This document shows, in pieces, positions 37,287-51,373 of a stretch of 64,000 bases of DNA. The DNA is from Eledone cirrhosa. Its lineage: Eukaryota. A program made the translations under genes and the position numbers. Where the stretch lies: the NCBI GenBank assembly GCA_964016885.1, contig OZ024742.1, forward strand, positions 120,404,001 through 120,468,000. Direction: 5' to 3'. The notes under the pieces were generated by a model. It did no database searches, had not been told where the DNA came from, and saw only the letters and a program-made list of their open reading frames with translations. Position 1 is the stretch's first letter. The number at the start of each line of letters is the position of its first letter.

Positions 37287-39954
37287 ATGAGGTCAAAGTT
37301 AAAGTAAGTTGATTTATCCGAAAACTTAGATATGCTATTGTTACAAAGCAAACTAACAATTTTTTATATTTGTAGTTGCAGTCTGACTGGACTGGAAACC
37401 ATCTACTACAATTCACTTACTCATTTGTTGTATATATTTTACCATTTACTAATAAATATACCCTCCCGCGTGGTCATGAAAACCCTCTGCTGTGGTCTCT
37501 AAGCTCACAAAGCAGAGGGGACATCAAGTTAGATATCAACATTTATTCTGTCTGTTTCATTAAAGGAAAAATTGGAAAGCTTTGAAATGATATAATTGCC
37601 ACTTTCTTCCAGATAAGAGCACTCTTTGGATAGACAGAGTTGTTCTCGTATAAATGTTCAAAATACTTGGTATCGCCTGGTGGGAATATAACAAATTCAA
37701 CTGGTCCTTATTCATAAAAAAGAACATTTATGTTCCTTTTTTTGAAATTTATATATTTCCTTTCAAGGAATGTATTTATACTCTCAGCTGCCTGCAATGG
37801 TATCTTTGGAATATTGTTAATCAATTTTTTAGTAATCTACAGATATCAAAATCAGTAGTATATTGAAAAATGGAAAAATAGGGTAGGGGGGCGTTTCGTG
37901 ATTTCGAGGGACAAAAGGGGGTGTTTGGCCTAAATGGGTTGAGAACCTGTGGTCTAGTGGATGTGGTGTCAAACTCCTGATCATAAAGTTATGGGTTTGA
38001 TTCTCAGACCAGAAGGTGTATTGTATTTTTGAATACAACAATTTATTTTACATTGCTCCAGTCTACTTGACTGAAAAGATGAGTGCTAGCTTCAATCAAA
38101 GGCTGACCCTGTGAAACCAGGCTTTAACTATTCTATATTTTTTTAAGTAAAAGTTGTAAAGATGATCTGTAAATAAGATTAAATATACAGGCTAGAGTGA
38201 TCCATTATAAAGTATTAGAGTTAGGGGTTACTCAGTCAGTTTTGATACTGAGCATTCAGCGGTTTGATCAACTGAATGTCCTACTTGTTAAATGTGTAGT
38301 TGATCAAGTATTCCCAGAGACACAATATGTGATAAGGCTGGGCATTTGAATTAAAAGTACAATCCATTCAACAAGCTTCCATACATTTTCCCTCTGTTCA
38401 AGTTAACCTACAAGCCTTGGGGCTATGGTCAAAACACTCAACGAAGATGCTACACAGCGGGATTGCACCCGGGACCTCATAATTACAAAGCAAATTTCCT
38501 AACCACTCAATCATACTTGCATCCTTAATGGAGCAAATAAGAAGCAATTGTTAAAAGTCTGATCAAATAGATAATTGATCCAGATATAATGATTAAGTGG
38601 ATATTCAGTTTTCTCATATTGGACACTTTTACTTAGCCTGGGGTTACAGGGTGAAATTGGCCTTCCTCCCAAGATCCCAACTTAACCCAGGATTCTGGGA
38701 TAGAATTGGCCTTCTTCCCAGAGTCCAAAAAAGTAATAAATTGGGTCAATATTTTTAAATGCATCTTAGAATTTCCTGTCATTTGAAAATCTGTCAATTC
38801 TTGTGTCATAAAATTTTGTTTCAATACAACACACTTTAAACAATTTTCAGTTTTATCACAAGTTCTGTGTGTATGAGTGTATGTCTTTGCATGTATATAA
38901 TTATGTATGCATATGTGGGAGTGCGTGTGTGTCTGTATAGGTATTTATGACTATACATAAGTCTGTATTATGCATGTATGTATGTAATTATCAGTGTGTG
39001 TGGACGTGTGTTCCCTCTGTCATTATATTAAACTTAATTTTTTTTTTTCTTTCTTTCTGTTGCCCTAGTAAAGCTCCAGGGAAAGAAATACAGAGCAGCC
39101 ATGTTGTGAAATACACATTGGTAATTATTATATGGTGGATTAGAGAGGCAGTGTAAGAAAATATTAAAGTTGCATGAAGCAAGGGACATGACCCACAAAC
39201 TGTGATGTTGCTGATAAGACAGCTAATGAAAACTATCGAGACAGAGTGAAGACAATATCAGGACAAATACATTCAATTTTAAAAAATAACAAAAGTAAAC
39301 AAGCTCAAAACTAACAAATACAAATGTCTACTGATAAGTTATATTATAAAGTTTTTTTTTTTGGGGGGGGGGGGGGGGGGTCTTAACATTTTAAAATATC
39401 CCAGGATTTTCTGGGACAAGAAACAATTCAAAGGGAATCTAAATTTAACCCTTTAGCATTTAAACCGGCCATATCTGGCCAGAATTCTTTCACCTCTTTC
39501 TGTTCAAACTGGTCATAATTGGCTGCTCAAAATAAATATCAAAATCTTCTAGATTTGATATTATGATATAATTATGTGAGATAAAGCCTCTTCTCTGAAA
39601 ATACAATAATAAATATAAAGAAATGTGAATGTGGAAGGGATAGAACAACAAATTAGGATCTTTGGAGAGAAACTCCAGTGGATTTACTAGCATTTGAAAG
39701 GAGATAGTAATGAAGCTAACAGCATAATCAAGGTCCAATATGAAGGACTGACAGTAGCAAAAATAAATGTAAAGCAATAGCACTTATGCTGTAGTTTAAA
39801 GAGGTACATTATCAACAATATGTTAACAAATGATTAATATGAAGTTCAATTGTGATATCAAGTGTTGGAAAGCAGAAGATAAACTACATCACTGTTTTTG
39901 ACAGTCATCATATCAACTCTGTGATTATGAAATAAATCTTATTACAGCTAGCAT

Positions 39955-40062
39955 TACTGCTTCTGCTACTTCTCAAGTTACCACTACTGTTTCTGCTACT
40001 ACTCAAGTTACCATTACTGTTTCTGCTACTACTCAAGTTACCACTACTGTTTCTGCTACAAC
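39955..40062. repeat. 30-bp tandem repeat, about 3 copies
   Basis: CTACTGTTTCTGCTACTACTCAAGTTACCA repeated. Confidence 0.8.
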
Positions 40063-41696
40063 TGAAGCTAATGTGCAAACCTCTACATGATCATTTAACC
40101 TGATATAGATAGCAGTCGAATCTCCCTAGTACCATAGTCAACAGTCTTAAAAAGGATAATGTATCTAGGATTACATTATCTAATATGTTTGAAATATAGA
40201 AAGGGCAATCACAGCTACTATGCTTTTGATCATAGATCTGCTTGTTCAAAGGTAGCCTGGGGCTAAACAACATCTACTACAGCTGTTTCTGTATTAAAGA
40301 AATACTTTCACAACAACGGCAATAATTATTTAAACACACTGCCTACAGGATTAAACAAACATAAAGAAGACAGTTTGAAATAATGTCCTTCATACACCTT
40401 CCCAACTTAATACTCACCCATCTCTTCATTACTCACCCATTTCTTCATTATCTAACTCCTCACTCACTTCTCCCATCCTACTCCACCTTATGCATCCAAC
40501 AACAACAGCCGCTATCATAGAAAAACATCCTTTCCCCACCCCTCATCCAACTTTTTGCCCAGCCAAACACATACCAACATGAAAGGCCGAACATGCCCCC
40601 TTTGTATCACAACAAAATGCCTGGTCAAAACAAGAACTAGACGTGGTCACCTGTTGGGTCAAGTCTCCGAGTGTGACAGTCAATCTGGCACAGGTGAGTA
40701 CAGGGTAATTAGATGTGCTTTCCTCCCCCACTACACTCTTTATATACCTTTCCTGACCAATCCATGCATGCATGGAAAGCAGGACACATTCCACACCTGC
40801 TCTCTTACAGTGCTAGTGCCATAAAAATTACCCAGTCTACTCTGTATGATGGTCTTACAACAAAGCACTAAATCCACCCTGTAAGGTGATTGTGTTGGTA
40901 TCATAACAAAAAAGCACATGGTCAACCTTATTAGGTGGTTGTCCTGTGCCATGACATGAAGTCCTCCCTAAAAAGTGGTAGTGGTGCCATGAGAAACTGT
41001 AATGTGATTGGCATTAGGAAGGGCATCCAACTATAGAAAACTAAGCCCAAAACAGATCTGTATGAGCAAGATGTGGTCACCTGACCTGGCTAGCCCCAAA
41101 ACATGACATCTATTTTATTACTCTTGCTATCTCTCCCTTCTCATTCTCACCATCTCCTCATTCTCACTTGCTGTCTCTCCTTCCATCTTCTCCTCTATAA
41201 ATCCCTATACAAAGTTCACTTATTCGATCTGAGAGGCCAGAAGTAAATAAAAATTCAAGAAACTCATTGAAACTTAACATAATGGAAACTATGTGAGTAA
41301 TATAGTTGTGAAACTATACTCTAAACAACACTTAAGATATTTTAAACATCAAAATAAATATTGTAGATATATTTTATACTCATGAGAATTTCAAAATCAT
41401 CTAAATAATGCTGCCTTGGTTTATAAATGGGGTTTGGATTTTTGCCCATTTCTCAGACTTATATTCAAGTATACACAGTAACTATTTTCACATTATTAAG
41501 CTAGTGTTTGGAACATAACAATGATTCTTACATATGATAAAAGATTTTTAGATAGATATAAACACTTTAAGACAAGCAATTTGTATTGGAGAACCAATGG
41601 CAGTTTCAGGTAGTTTGGTATGAAAAGAGTTAAGTTTCTGTGTGAGAAGAGCTTTTAGTTTAGTCTTTCATTAGTTATACATTAAGATGAAGTTAC

Positions 41697-41771
41697 CTGT
41701 TGAAGTAATTTAAAATATTGCCTGTTTTTTAACACCAAAACAGTATATCCTGAAGATAATGTATAAAGCAT
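41697..41771 (-). other. candidate 75-nt exon
   Basis: Minus strand ttttctttttctctcaatattgtcag|ATG...CAG|gtaact; only frame 0 is open (MLYTLSSGYTVLVLKNRQYFKLLQQ). Confidence 0.3.
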
Positions 41772-42942
41772 CTGACAATATTGAGAGAAAAAGAAAAGGA
41801 GTGCGAGCTTTCTTTTGCCTTGAATGTAAAACTAAAATTATTTACAGAGAAAAAAAAACAGAATTAAGGAAACTGAAATAAACAAAAAAATGTTTAATAA
41901 AATAAAACAAATGGTTTTTAATTTTTTTTTTTTTTTTTTCTGTCTTGATTTCATGTGTTGTTTGATTTTTGACTTAAAAAGACATTCAAATTAGCCTAAA
42001 ATTGTGTGAAGAAAAAAATGATGAACTATAAGAATCCATAGAAAAAAACTTTCATATAATCACTTAGTAATGATAGATATACAGCAATTAAACACTATCA
42101 CTAATGTTGTTAAGCATTCAAATAAAGAGATACATAACAGACAAGGAAATTACTGAAAGGTAGATTGTAGTTCATTATAAATTTCCTACTTTGTTTTAAA
42201 GGAGAGAGTAATTGTTTTCTTCCCATTCAATGATATTAGATAGTTTTGTTTTTTTTCCTAATCATGCAAATGATTGAACCTGTTGAGAGGACAATATATT
42301 TGGTTACATACTTCACACGCCTGAGTTCAATTATCACTGAAAATCACTTTACCTTTCATCGCAACAGATGTGATAAAATAAATACAATCAGTTTACCCAA
42401 CGATTTTTCAGACAAAAATGACCTTATGTCTCAGTAAAAAGTAATCGGTTAATTCAAAGGAGATAGACAGGAAATATGTACCCTTATAAAACCCTTCCAG
42501 ATACTGGAGCCATATCTAAAGTAGTTGGGTGTTGTTAGTTTGAATTGTAAGCTAGAAATTGTTAGCAAACATAAATGTAACGTTTAAACTAAAAGCTGTA
42601 ATAATTCATGATTAAAATATTGCTACATTTATCTGGACTGGGTCATCATCATCATCAACGTTTTACGTCTATTTTTCTACACTCAAAATCTTATTTCTAA
42701 TTACAATTCTGTTAACTAATATCCCACCATCCTACATGCTTCTGTAAATGGGAAACATAAATTTGCTTACCTTGCCAGTCCTATCATAAATTTGCTTACC
42801 TTGCCAGTCCTATCATAAATGTTGCTCTTATCTAATGGCATAATCCATGAACTCTACCTTGACAGACTCAAATCAAAAATTCACAGGTCTCCAAAGAGCT
42901 TATCCTGTTACATCCACACGCTATGGTAACCAGCCAAGAAAG

Positions 42943-43295
42943 GGGCCTTCTGCTAGTCTCCTTCCATTCATGTCATGCCACTGCTCTTCAGACATCTGGC
43001 GAGACCTTTTCCTAGTCTCCTTCCACTCACATGACATCACTGCTCCCTATACTTCCAATAAGACCCTCTGCTAGTCTCCTTCCACTCATGTGATGTCACT
43101 GCTCTTCAGACTTCAGGCAAGACCCTCTACTAATCCCCTTCCACTGACATCACATCGGTGCTCTTCATACTTCAGATGAGGCCCTTTGCTAGTCCCCTTC
43201 CACTGATGCAATGTCAAGCTCCCCTTACTTCAAGTGGGACCCTCACCCAATCCCCTTCCACTCAAGTGGCATCACTGCTCCATATACTTCTGACA
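42943..43295. repeat. old, diverged 59-bp minisatellite, 6 copies
   Basis: CTAGTCTCCTTCCACT-like anchor at 42953, 43012, 43071, 43130, 43189, 43248. Confidence 0.8.
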
Positions 43296-44429
43296 CACTA
43301 TTTATAACCCCACAGCTTCCATGTATTCATATAGTAAGAAGTTACCTAAAATTGAACAGAAATTGAATTGATCAATACATAATTGTTTCTACGTTAGGCA
43401 CAAGGCCAGCAATTACCCAGTGCATTACTGGTACTTTATTTTATCGACCCCGTAAGGATGAAAGGCAAAGTCAACCTCGGCGGAATTTGAACTCAGATCG
43501 TAAAGGGACGTAACTATGCTGGAAAGCATGGCGTCCGACCCTCTACCGATACTGCCAATCCACCAATAAATTAGCTTTGGTAGTCCAGAAAATATTTGTG
43601 ATAACACTATGTTTGCCTTACTGTCACACTAAAGAAATGATAAGCAGAATCAAACATCCACCAGCTGACAGAGGGTCAGTTTCTCTAGGTAATTATATTA
43701 TCATTGTAATTGTGACTAACTCACCATCTTCATCAGCTAATATCTATTAATTGTATTCATTAATTGTTATCTTTATTAATTATTTGCTGTTTCTTCAAGT
43801 TACTTTTTTTCTTTTTTGTTTCTTCTTCTAACTTTCAAGCAATTCACTTTCGCTGTAGTTGTGTACAATGACGATAAAAATTAAGTGAAATTGAATACAT
43901 ACATCCGATTGTTTTCATATCAATGAAAATTGAAATAGAATCAATGCCAAGACAAAAAACATGAACATGTTTCTGACAAGATGTCTGCAACATTGGCAAA
44001 ACATCTGTTGATGTGATTGCACTTACTAAGATAAATTCAAATAAAATCCATTGAAATGTAGATGTTTACAAAAATAAAAATAAAAACTGAGTAAAAACAA
44101 ATAGTTCTTTATGAAAAGAAAGAAACCCTTATTGTTTAATCATTTTCATCTATCCTTTCAGATTTATTTTTCAAACTGTTTTCATCATGATATAGGTTAC
44201 TAGCACGTCTTCCTATTACAAAAAGAAAGTTTGTATTCTGATAAAAATTACTTGCTATCAATTAATCTCATCCTACATAGCCATAACAGCTGTTAGATAT
44301 GTCAAATTCTGATAACAAATACAATTACTGATTGAAAAGTCAACATTTTCCTTGCCACGAATTCATCTTTATAAGATTTCATCTTTATAATCATCATAAT
44401 CACTACAACCAACTCTACCCACAATAACT

Positions 44430-46897
44430 GGCAATGGAAAAACTACAACAACTCTGGGAAACTAAGCCAGAACAACCTGCCATCCTCTACACACCATCAT
44501 AAACTGCAAGAAGGGTACAAATTGTTGTCCTTAAATGCTCGCAGTTTATGCAACAAGATACATCTGTTTAACTCCTATGTCAGAAGCATCGACCCCGACT
44601 TCATCAGTCACGGAAACATGAGCACATTCCTTACTATGTGATGGCGTTTTCAGCATTACTGGGTACAACCTGTTCCCCAAGGACCGCATTAATCACCGTG
44701 GTGGTGGTATGATGGTCTACGTTCGTTCAAATTTTTCGGTAATTCATTGCGTTGATTTAAACGAATCACAAGAAGTTTTTTTCTGTGACATACGTATGAC
44801 CATGTCAACACTTCTGCTTGGTGTTGTTTATCGCCGCCCCCCCCCCCCAAACTACCATCAGGACACACAGCTTTGCGGTATCCTCAAAGCTGCTGCCAGG
44901 AAAACAGCCACTTATGTGTTTATTGCAGATGACTTCAATCATCCTGAGATCAATTGGGAAACCTTTCGTTGGCCACAAAGTGCAAACGATTTCCTTGAGC
45001 TAGTGCTGGACTCAAACTGGTCACACATAGTCACCTCTCCAACAAGTGACAACACTTTGGACCTGCTCTTCACCACTACTCCTGAAGTGGTTATCAGTTG
45101 TACTACTGAGGAACCTCTAGGCGACTCTGATCATACTATGATCATTGCCAATCTGGCTCTTGCGGGCAGCAACAAAAACCAGAGCCATCTCCAATCTGCT
45201 TGCTTTGATTGGAAGAAAGCAGATTGGAACTTGTACTGCACTGAGCTACAGCGCTCAAACTGGCATGAGTTCTATAACTCTGGAGATGTGAACACTATAC
45301 TCCAGAGCATCCTGGACTTAATATGGATAGCGTGTGCGGCATCAGTGCCACGTAAGCAGAAAAAAAATACCCCAAAAGTGCAATTTGGGAAACTTCAGTG
45401 GTCCGACTTGCCAGGAAAGAACGTCGGAATGCTGAACGGGAATATAAACTGCAATAATCAGATGCCAACAGAAAAAAGCAGAATATATCTTCCAACCATC
45501 TCAAGCAAGTGACAAAAAAGGCATTGCTTGAATTTGAACAGTGCATAGCAACCAATCCTGACCGTAAGGTATTCTGGAAATAGGTACATTCAAAGCAGAG
45601 ACCTCACTCTCCAGTTGGTCCTCTTCGCAATCCCCACACAAGCCAGATCACTGACGATCCCAAAGAATGCGCAGAACTCATTGCTGAGTGCTATGCAAGC
45701 ATTTTTACTGTTGAAAACCAGAATGTACCATCTCCACCTTCTCTAACATCAAATTCCATAACAACTATGGAATTTACACCTGCAATGCTGCAACGTCACC
45801 TTAAGAATAAGCGCAACTATGCCTCCCCTGGTCTTGATGGTGTTACATACCTGCTTCTCAAACGTGCCGAGTACTTCCTTTTGCACCAGCTTTCTTGCTT
45901 CTTTCAATACTGTCTCAACAATGGTGTTACTCCGGAGCAGTGGAAAACTGCCAGTGTCATTCCCCTGTTCAAAAAGGGCGACTGCACGTCACCTGTCAAC
46001 TATCGTCCAGTCAGTCTTACTAGCTGTATTGCCAAACTGATGGAATCCTGTGTCAGAGAAACACTTTGGAACTTCTGGAGCCTCATCTGGCCCTCGCAAT
46101 TTGGATTTATCCCTAACTCCAGCTGCTATGATCAGCTTATCGAGTTCCTTGAAGACATTACCCGGATCACTGACAGCGGCTCATGGGTGGATGTTGTTTA
46201 CCTTGACTTCGCTAAGGCTTTTAATCCTGTGCCACACAAAAGACTTATGGCGAAACTCTCTGCAATGGGTATAAAGGATGATCTTTTTAACTGGTTGAAA
46301 TCCTTCATTCTCAGCCGAAAAGAGGTAGTCACGGTTATAGGACAGCATTCTTCACCATATGAGATGTTATCTGGTGTACCACAGGGATCTGTTCTTGGTC
46401 CCCTTTTGTTTGTTGCATACATTAATGACATAGATGCCAACTTAAAGAATGCCACAGTACTGAAATATGCAGATGACATCAAGCTGTACCTTGAAATCAA
46501 AATGACAGATCCTGAAATCTATAACTCTTTCCTACAATCAGACCTGGACACAATGCAGCAATGGATCACAGACTGGCAACTGAAGCTGGCTGTGGACAAG
46601 TGTACCACCATGCATTTTGGGAGGAAAAATCCAGCGTCCACATACTCCCTCCACAACACTGATATCAAGAAGTCCTCTTGTGAACGTGACTTGGGCATTA
46701 CTGTCAGCATCGATTTGCGTTGGACAAAGCACATCTCTAAAATTGTCAAGAAGGCCGAGAGTGTCTTGGCATCACTCAGCAAGACCTTTGTTAGCCGCTC
46801 TCCAGCCATCTATTTAAAGCTGTATACAGCTATGGTACGACCACACTTGGAATTTGCATCATCAGTCTGGAACCCCTATCTTGCTCAGAACATTGAG
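44430..46897 (+). mobile_element. CR1-clade LINE ORF2 (APE endonuclease plus RT), decayed
   Basis: LNARSLCNK, DFNHPEINW, LGDSDH, NYRPVSLTS, YLDFAKAF, GVPQGSVLGPLLF, YADDIKL, VRPHLEFASSVWNP; several stops and frameshifts. 5' boundary approximate. Confidence 0.93.
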
Positions 46898-49800
46898 TAC
46901 CAGGCTAATATCTCGCATTATGTGGCTGTCTCTTAATATTCTAAGTTGATGTGGCTGCTCAAGTTGACCATATTTGTCAACATTGTAGTTATTAGGTTAA
47001 TAAAATAATTGTATGTCAGTTCAAATACTCCAGTCCTCTCTACATGGTCATGAACTGCTAGAAATAGTAACCAAATCTTCTTCAAACCACATCCTCCATC
47101 TCTAAAAATGAACAACATGGTGGATAATGTTAACTTAGAGAGAGACGTTATATATGAAACATTTTGATCATACATCTGCTCAATCAGAACAGCATCAAAG
47201 ATCTATAGGCTTGTGATACCTGACAGAAACTTGTTTTGTTCCTTTTATGGTCTAAACTCCAACCTTATCAGGGCTGACTTCTCTATTCATTCTTACATTG
47301 ATAAAATAAATATCAGTATTGTTGGCAGTTAAATTGAATCAGTTACTAGAGTGCTAGATTTATGGTATCTAGATCGATATTGTTTAGAGTTCTATTCCAA
47401 CCAGAAAATCAAATAAGTGTTATTTGTGCATTTAACTAGTGATTATACACCCTCCCCATAAAACATTGGTAATGTACTTGCTGAAAACTTTGATATGCTG
47501 ACACAGTTTTTCAACAAACTCAGTTTCTGATCTAATTTTCATTTTCAGTAACTACATCACTTGCATTTCTGATCACACCAGGTAAGGCATAAATCTTATG
47601 TTCCTATTTTAAATTCCCTGCAAAGTTCCTAGTATTGACGAACCAAATTTGAACCAATGTTGGTTATCGTTTCACTTCTGTTGCTAATACACACACAAGT
47701 AGCATGAACATCCAACCCTTATATATTTAAGGGCTTGCTAATAATTAATAAATCATTTCTATTGTTCTTGTAATGGTTTATTTCAGCTTTAAGATTAATC
47801 TGCTGAATAAATTCTCTCATTACTAAACACCCTTTCACGATCATATTTCTAATGAAATATACTATTTCAATTAATTAATGAAGAATTTTGAGGAAGTTAC
47901 TAAATTTATTAATTATTCCATTACTAAGACAGTAACTTAATGTAAGGTTCTTATATAAAATTATGGTGGAAGATATTAATTTAAATTGGAAACCTTTAAA
48001 ATGGGTGGTTTTATATCATAGAACCAGACCCGGTTTTGGCCAGGTTGGTAACTAAAGAGTTAAAAACCAGTTAACTCAGCTCACATTTTTTTAATTCAGT
48101 TCTTGGAATTTACCTGGCACTACTACTAAAAGAAGTTAACTGTCAAATTTATGATTCAAAGAACATACCTAAAACATTAAAAAAAACCTGGATAAATCTC
48201 AGTCAACTTCTCATTCCCTTCATAAATATTTAAATGATATAAATAGAATGGGTCACACATCTGCACAGTGCCAGTCTGTTTCAACGGTTGAAGAATAAGA
48301 GAGTCAGTCTACTAGTATATCAATAAAAAATATATGTTAATCTTTCAGGAAGATAGAAAAATATTTTAATCTAGCAGGCTGAACAAAAATGAAATACACA
48401 CACTTTATCAATTTATGGAGGTTACTGTTACAAATGGGTATCTTGGTTTCTATTCACTCGACTACAGATATTTTGATTTTTGATCATTTCTTAGACTCGT
48501 GGTATGGTGTGGTATGGTCCCGTAACTCCTGATAGATGGGTATTTTAAGCCTGGTGGAGCCCATCCCTCTCCAGGTCTGAGTACAGCAGATTTATTCCAG
48601 AGAAAGATAGAACCTAAGAGAGAGGAAATGAGAAAGAGATATAGAGGAAGAATCAACCTCAGTACTACACTGATATTTTTTTTAACGACCTCGAAAGGAT
48701 GAAAGGCAAAGTTGACCTCAGCAGGATTTGAACTCAGAGGACAGAGAGCCAGAACAAATACAATAAAGCATTCTATCCGGCTTTCTAATGACTCTGCCAA
48801 TTCACCGCCTATCTTAGACTCATACATCATCTTTTAATTCTAATGAAGAGACAACATTACCATTTTCCCAGACAGTATAGTTCATTTGGTTTTGAGATTG
48901 TGTTAGGATAATCTGAAATTCAGGCAGTTGATGTTCAGATAACTGAGATTTGATTCTATATATTACTGAAGTTGTTTAAACAATTGAATCAACTCAGCTT
49001 CATTTTTTATGGTAATATTTGTAATTAACTGGGGGAGGGGGAAAATCAATCCAGGTAAATGATTTTTTTTTTTTTTTTTTTTACCTCAGAACAGTGATGT
49101 ACTAAACTAAATATTGTAAGCAACTAATCAGAATCTCTTCTTTCTATACATACAATAATGCCTTCCATGAATTCTATAACAAGAACTAGGTCTATTTTTG
49201 AATCCAACCATATAGGTTTCACTATTTCATAGGAAAAGTAGACATAAAACAAGGAAAAACAATGAATATAATATATAAAACTTACTGCAATATGAATGTC
49301 TGCAAAACTAAATAATTGATATTGTATATAAGAAACATAATGACAGGTTGCTATAATGAACACTTTAAAAATCTTCATTTATACAATAAAACTAAAGCTA
49401 TTTCCTTTATGAATAACCCTGTAGGTATGTTGTTGCTGAGTTGCTTCAAATACTTTTTTTTTCTATACATCTAATGCTTAGTACTATCGTACAACTCTAC
49501 AACAAAAAAGCTCTGGTATCAGAAAATTGTGTAACATGAAATGAAGGGAATTAAAATAGGTTCTCTTTCTCAATATTACTTACAGACAATAACCCATCTG
49601 AATAGCTTGTGGTAATAGAAACAAGTTTTATGAATCTCAAAAAATAACCCATTTCAATAGCTTGTGGTAATAGAAACCAGTTTAATGAATCTCAAAAAAC
49701 GATATGGTAAGATGTGAAAACAAGTGAAAAGAAATAAAGTGTTGTCTGCAAAGGAGAGAGAGTGAAAAGCATAACAATTTAGTTTCAGAGTGGGTAGTAG

Positions 49801-49949
49801 TATTGATGTAGATACTATGTGAAAACCTAGAATAGTTGTATGAATGTAAGAACATAGGGAATGGGAGGTGAGGGGTAACCTGGGCGAATAAAAAAATAAG
49901 TCATACTATGGAGGGCGTAAACCAGAATGGAATGAACTCAAGGGAAACT

Positions 49950-50250
49950 TAGGAGAAATTATTTCAGGGTGACCTAACAATAAAAAATATCTCTCCCAAG
50001 AACTGACGAGCTTTTAAAGACTTAGCTCTAATTTCAGAACATTATGCAGCTGAGAAATACAGTTTATCCTACATGTCTGATCTAGCTAGATGTGTATCTC
50101 TTCCATCCATAAAATTTGATTTGAGAGGATGCAGTTCTGGGGAAGAGGTCATGGCAAAGTGAGTAGGGGCCTGGAAGTTGAAACAAAGTAAGGTTAGGAA
50201 AGAGGACATGGATCTAAATCTGCTAACTTGTCTGTATGATATGGTACCTA
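49950..50250 (-). mobile_element. possible old CR1/Jockey-type LINE 3' remnant
   Basis: Minus strand FPRTAS and SFKSS-like fragments only. Confidence 0.3.
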
Positions 50251-50899
50251 CCCCCACCTACATCTAGACAAATTGAAAAGTACAAAATTAATTGTACTGT
50301 CACAATGAAACACTTGCTGAGGAAAAAGCCCACATGCATTGTTATATAATGAAACATATATCGATATAACATTTAGTGTAAAAAAACTTCTCTATTTCTT
50401 GTTCATACAGTAACTGTTTTTTGTGATAGGAAGGGCATCCAGCTAGATTATTTAAAAAAACAACAACATTGTAGTACAGAAAAAATAAAATCACTTCCAA
50501 CTAGCTGTTATAAAGAATAGAGTGAAGTATGATAATTGATGAACTGTCAAATAATTTCATTAACCTTCAGTGTAGTTAAATAGCTTCTGAGTAATTAGTA
50601 GTGATGAAGTTAGAATTACAGATAGAGTTAGGAAAGCATAAAAGATGTTAGGAAACATTATGTGGTGTGAAGAAAATGGCAAAGGATGCATTAGCCAGAC
50701 GAAAACTAGCAGAAAAGCTGTAATTGGGTAAATTAAATTCATTCAAAGTTAATGAATGAAATCAACCATCAGAATGCATCAAAAACTTATTATATATACT
50801 TAGCATCAATGAGTAATAAGAAAAATAAATTAGAAAAAAAGGAAATAAAAGTGATTACTGGTGAGAAATTATGAATGGGGTTGAAGAAAGTTCTCAAAC

Positions 50900-51373
50900 A
50901 TGAAGCAAAGGAAGTTTTCTGTATTGTGAATAGCATGAAGCTGTAGGCACTTTCCATCTCACTACCATTAATATAAAGAGGAAAGTATGCATAATATAGT
51001 CCATAGACATCTCTTTGGACTTCCTTATGTTGAGTATCAGCTTGTTCTCAGCATTCCACTTCATTAGTCTCTGCACCACCTATGTAATCACCTACAAACT
51101 TGATGGTGGTGGAACTATGGACAGAGGTATAGACTACACCTATGTAATCACCTACAAACTTGATGGTGGTGGAACTATGGACAGAGGTATAGACTACACC
51201 TATGTAATCACCTGCTAACTTGATGGTGGTGGAACTATGGACAGAGGTATAGACTACACCTATGTAATCACCTACAAACTTGATGGTGGAACTATGGACA
51301 GAGGTATAGACTACACCTATGTAATCACCTACAAACTTGATGGTGGAACTATGGACAGAGGTATAGATTACTA
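50900..51373 (-). mobile_element. Rex1/Babar-like LINE RT fragment with tandemly amplified catalytic-motif region
   Basis: SVHSSTTIKFVGD (cf. IKFADD) followed by VQRLMKWNAENKLILNIRKSKEMSMDY (cf. WCxxNxLxLNxxKTKEMxxDF). Confidence 0.6.
51077..51373. repeat. 60/57-bp minisatellite, 5 copies
   Basis: CACCTATGTAATCACC unit at 51077, 51137, 51197, 51257, 51314. Confidence 0.92.

Larger units (their letters stand above)
35355..37951 (+). mobile_element. hAT (Buster/Charlie) DNA transposon, internally deleted
   Basis: TIRs CAAAGGTTCTCAAC / CACAGGTTCTCAAC; perfect 8-bp TSD GTCTAGTG (35347-35354, 37952-37959); subterminal GGGGGCGTTT repeats; inserted in a SINE head. Confidence 0.95.

Noticed and set aside
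42756-42820. 29-bp duplication, and similar ones near 12258, 21147 and 49588
   Set aside because: Simple two-copy tandem duplications with no further structure.
45767-46936. 389-aa RT ORF as an active or domesticated gene
   Set aside because: Upstream endonuclease region has stops and frameshifts and the C-terminus is truncated; ordinary decayed CR1.
47549-47581. Plus-strand 33-nt micro-exon (ttttcag...CAG|gtaagg)
   Set aside because: Isolated, no partner exons; shows how readily such signals occur by chance.
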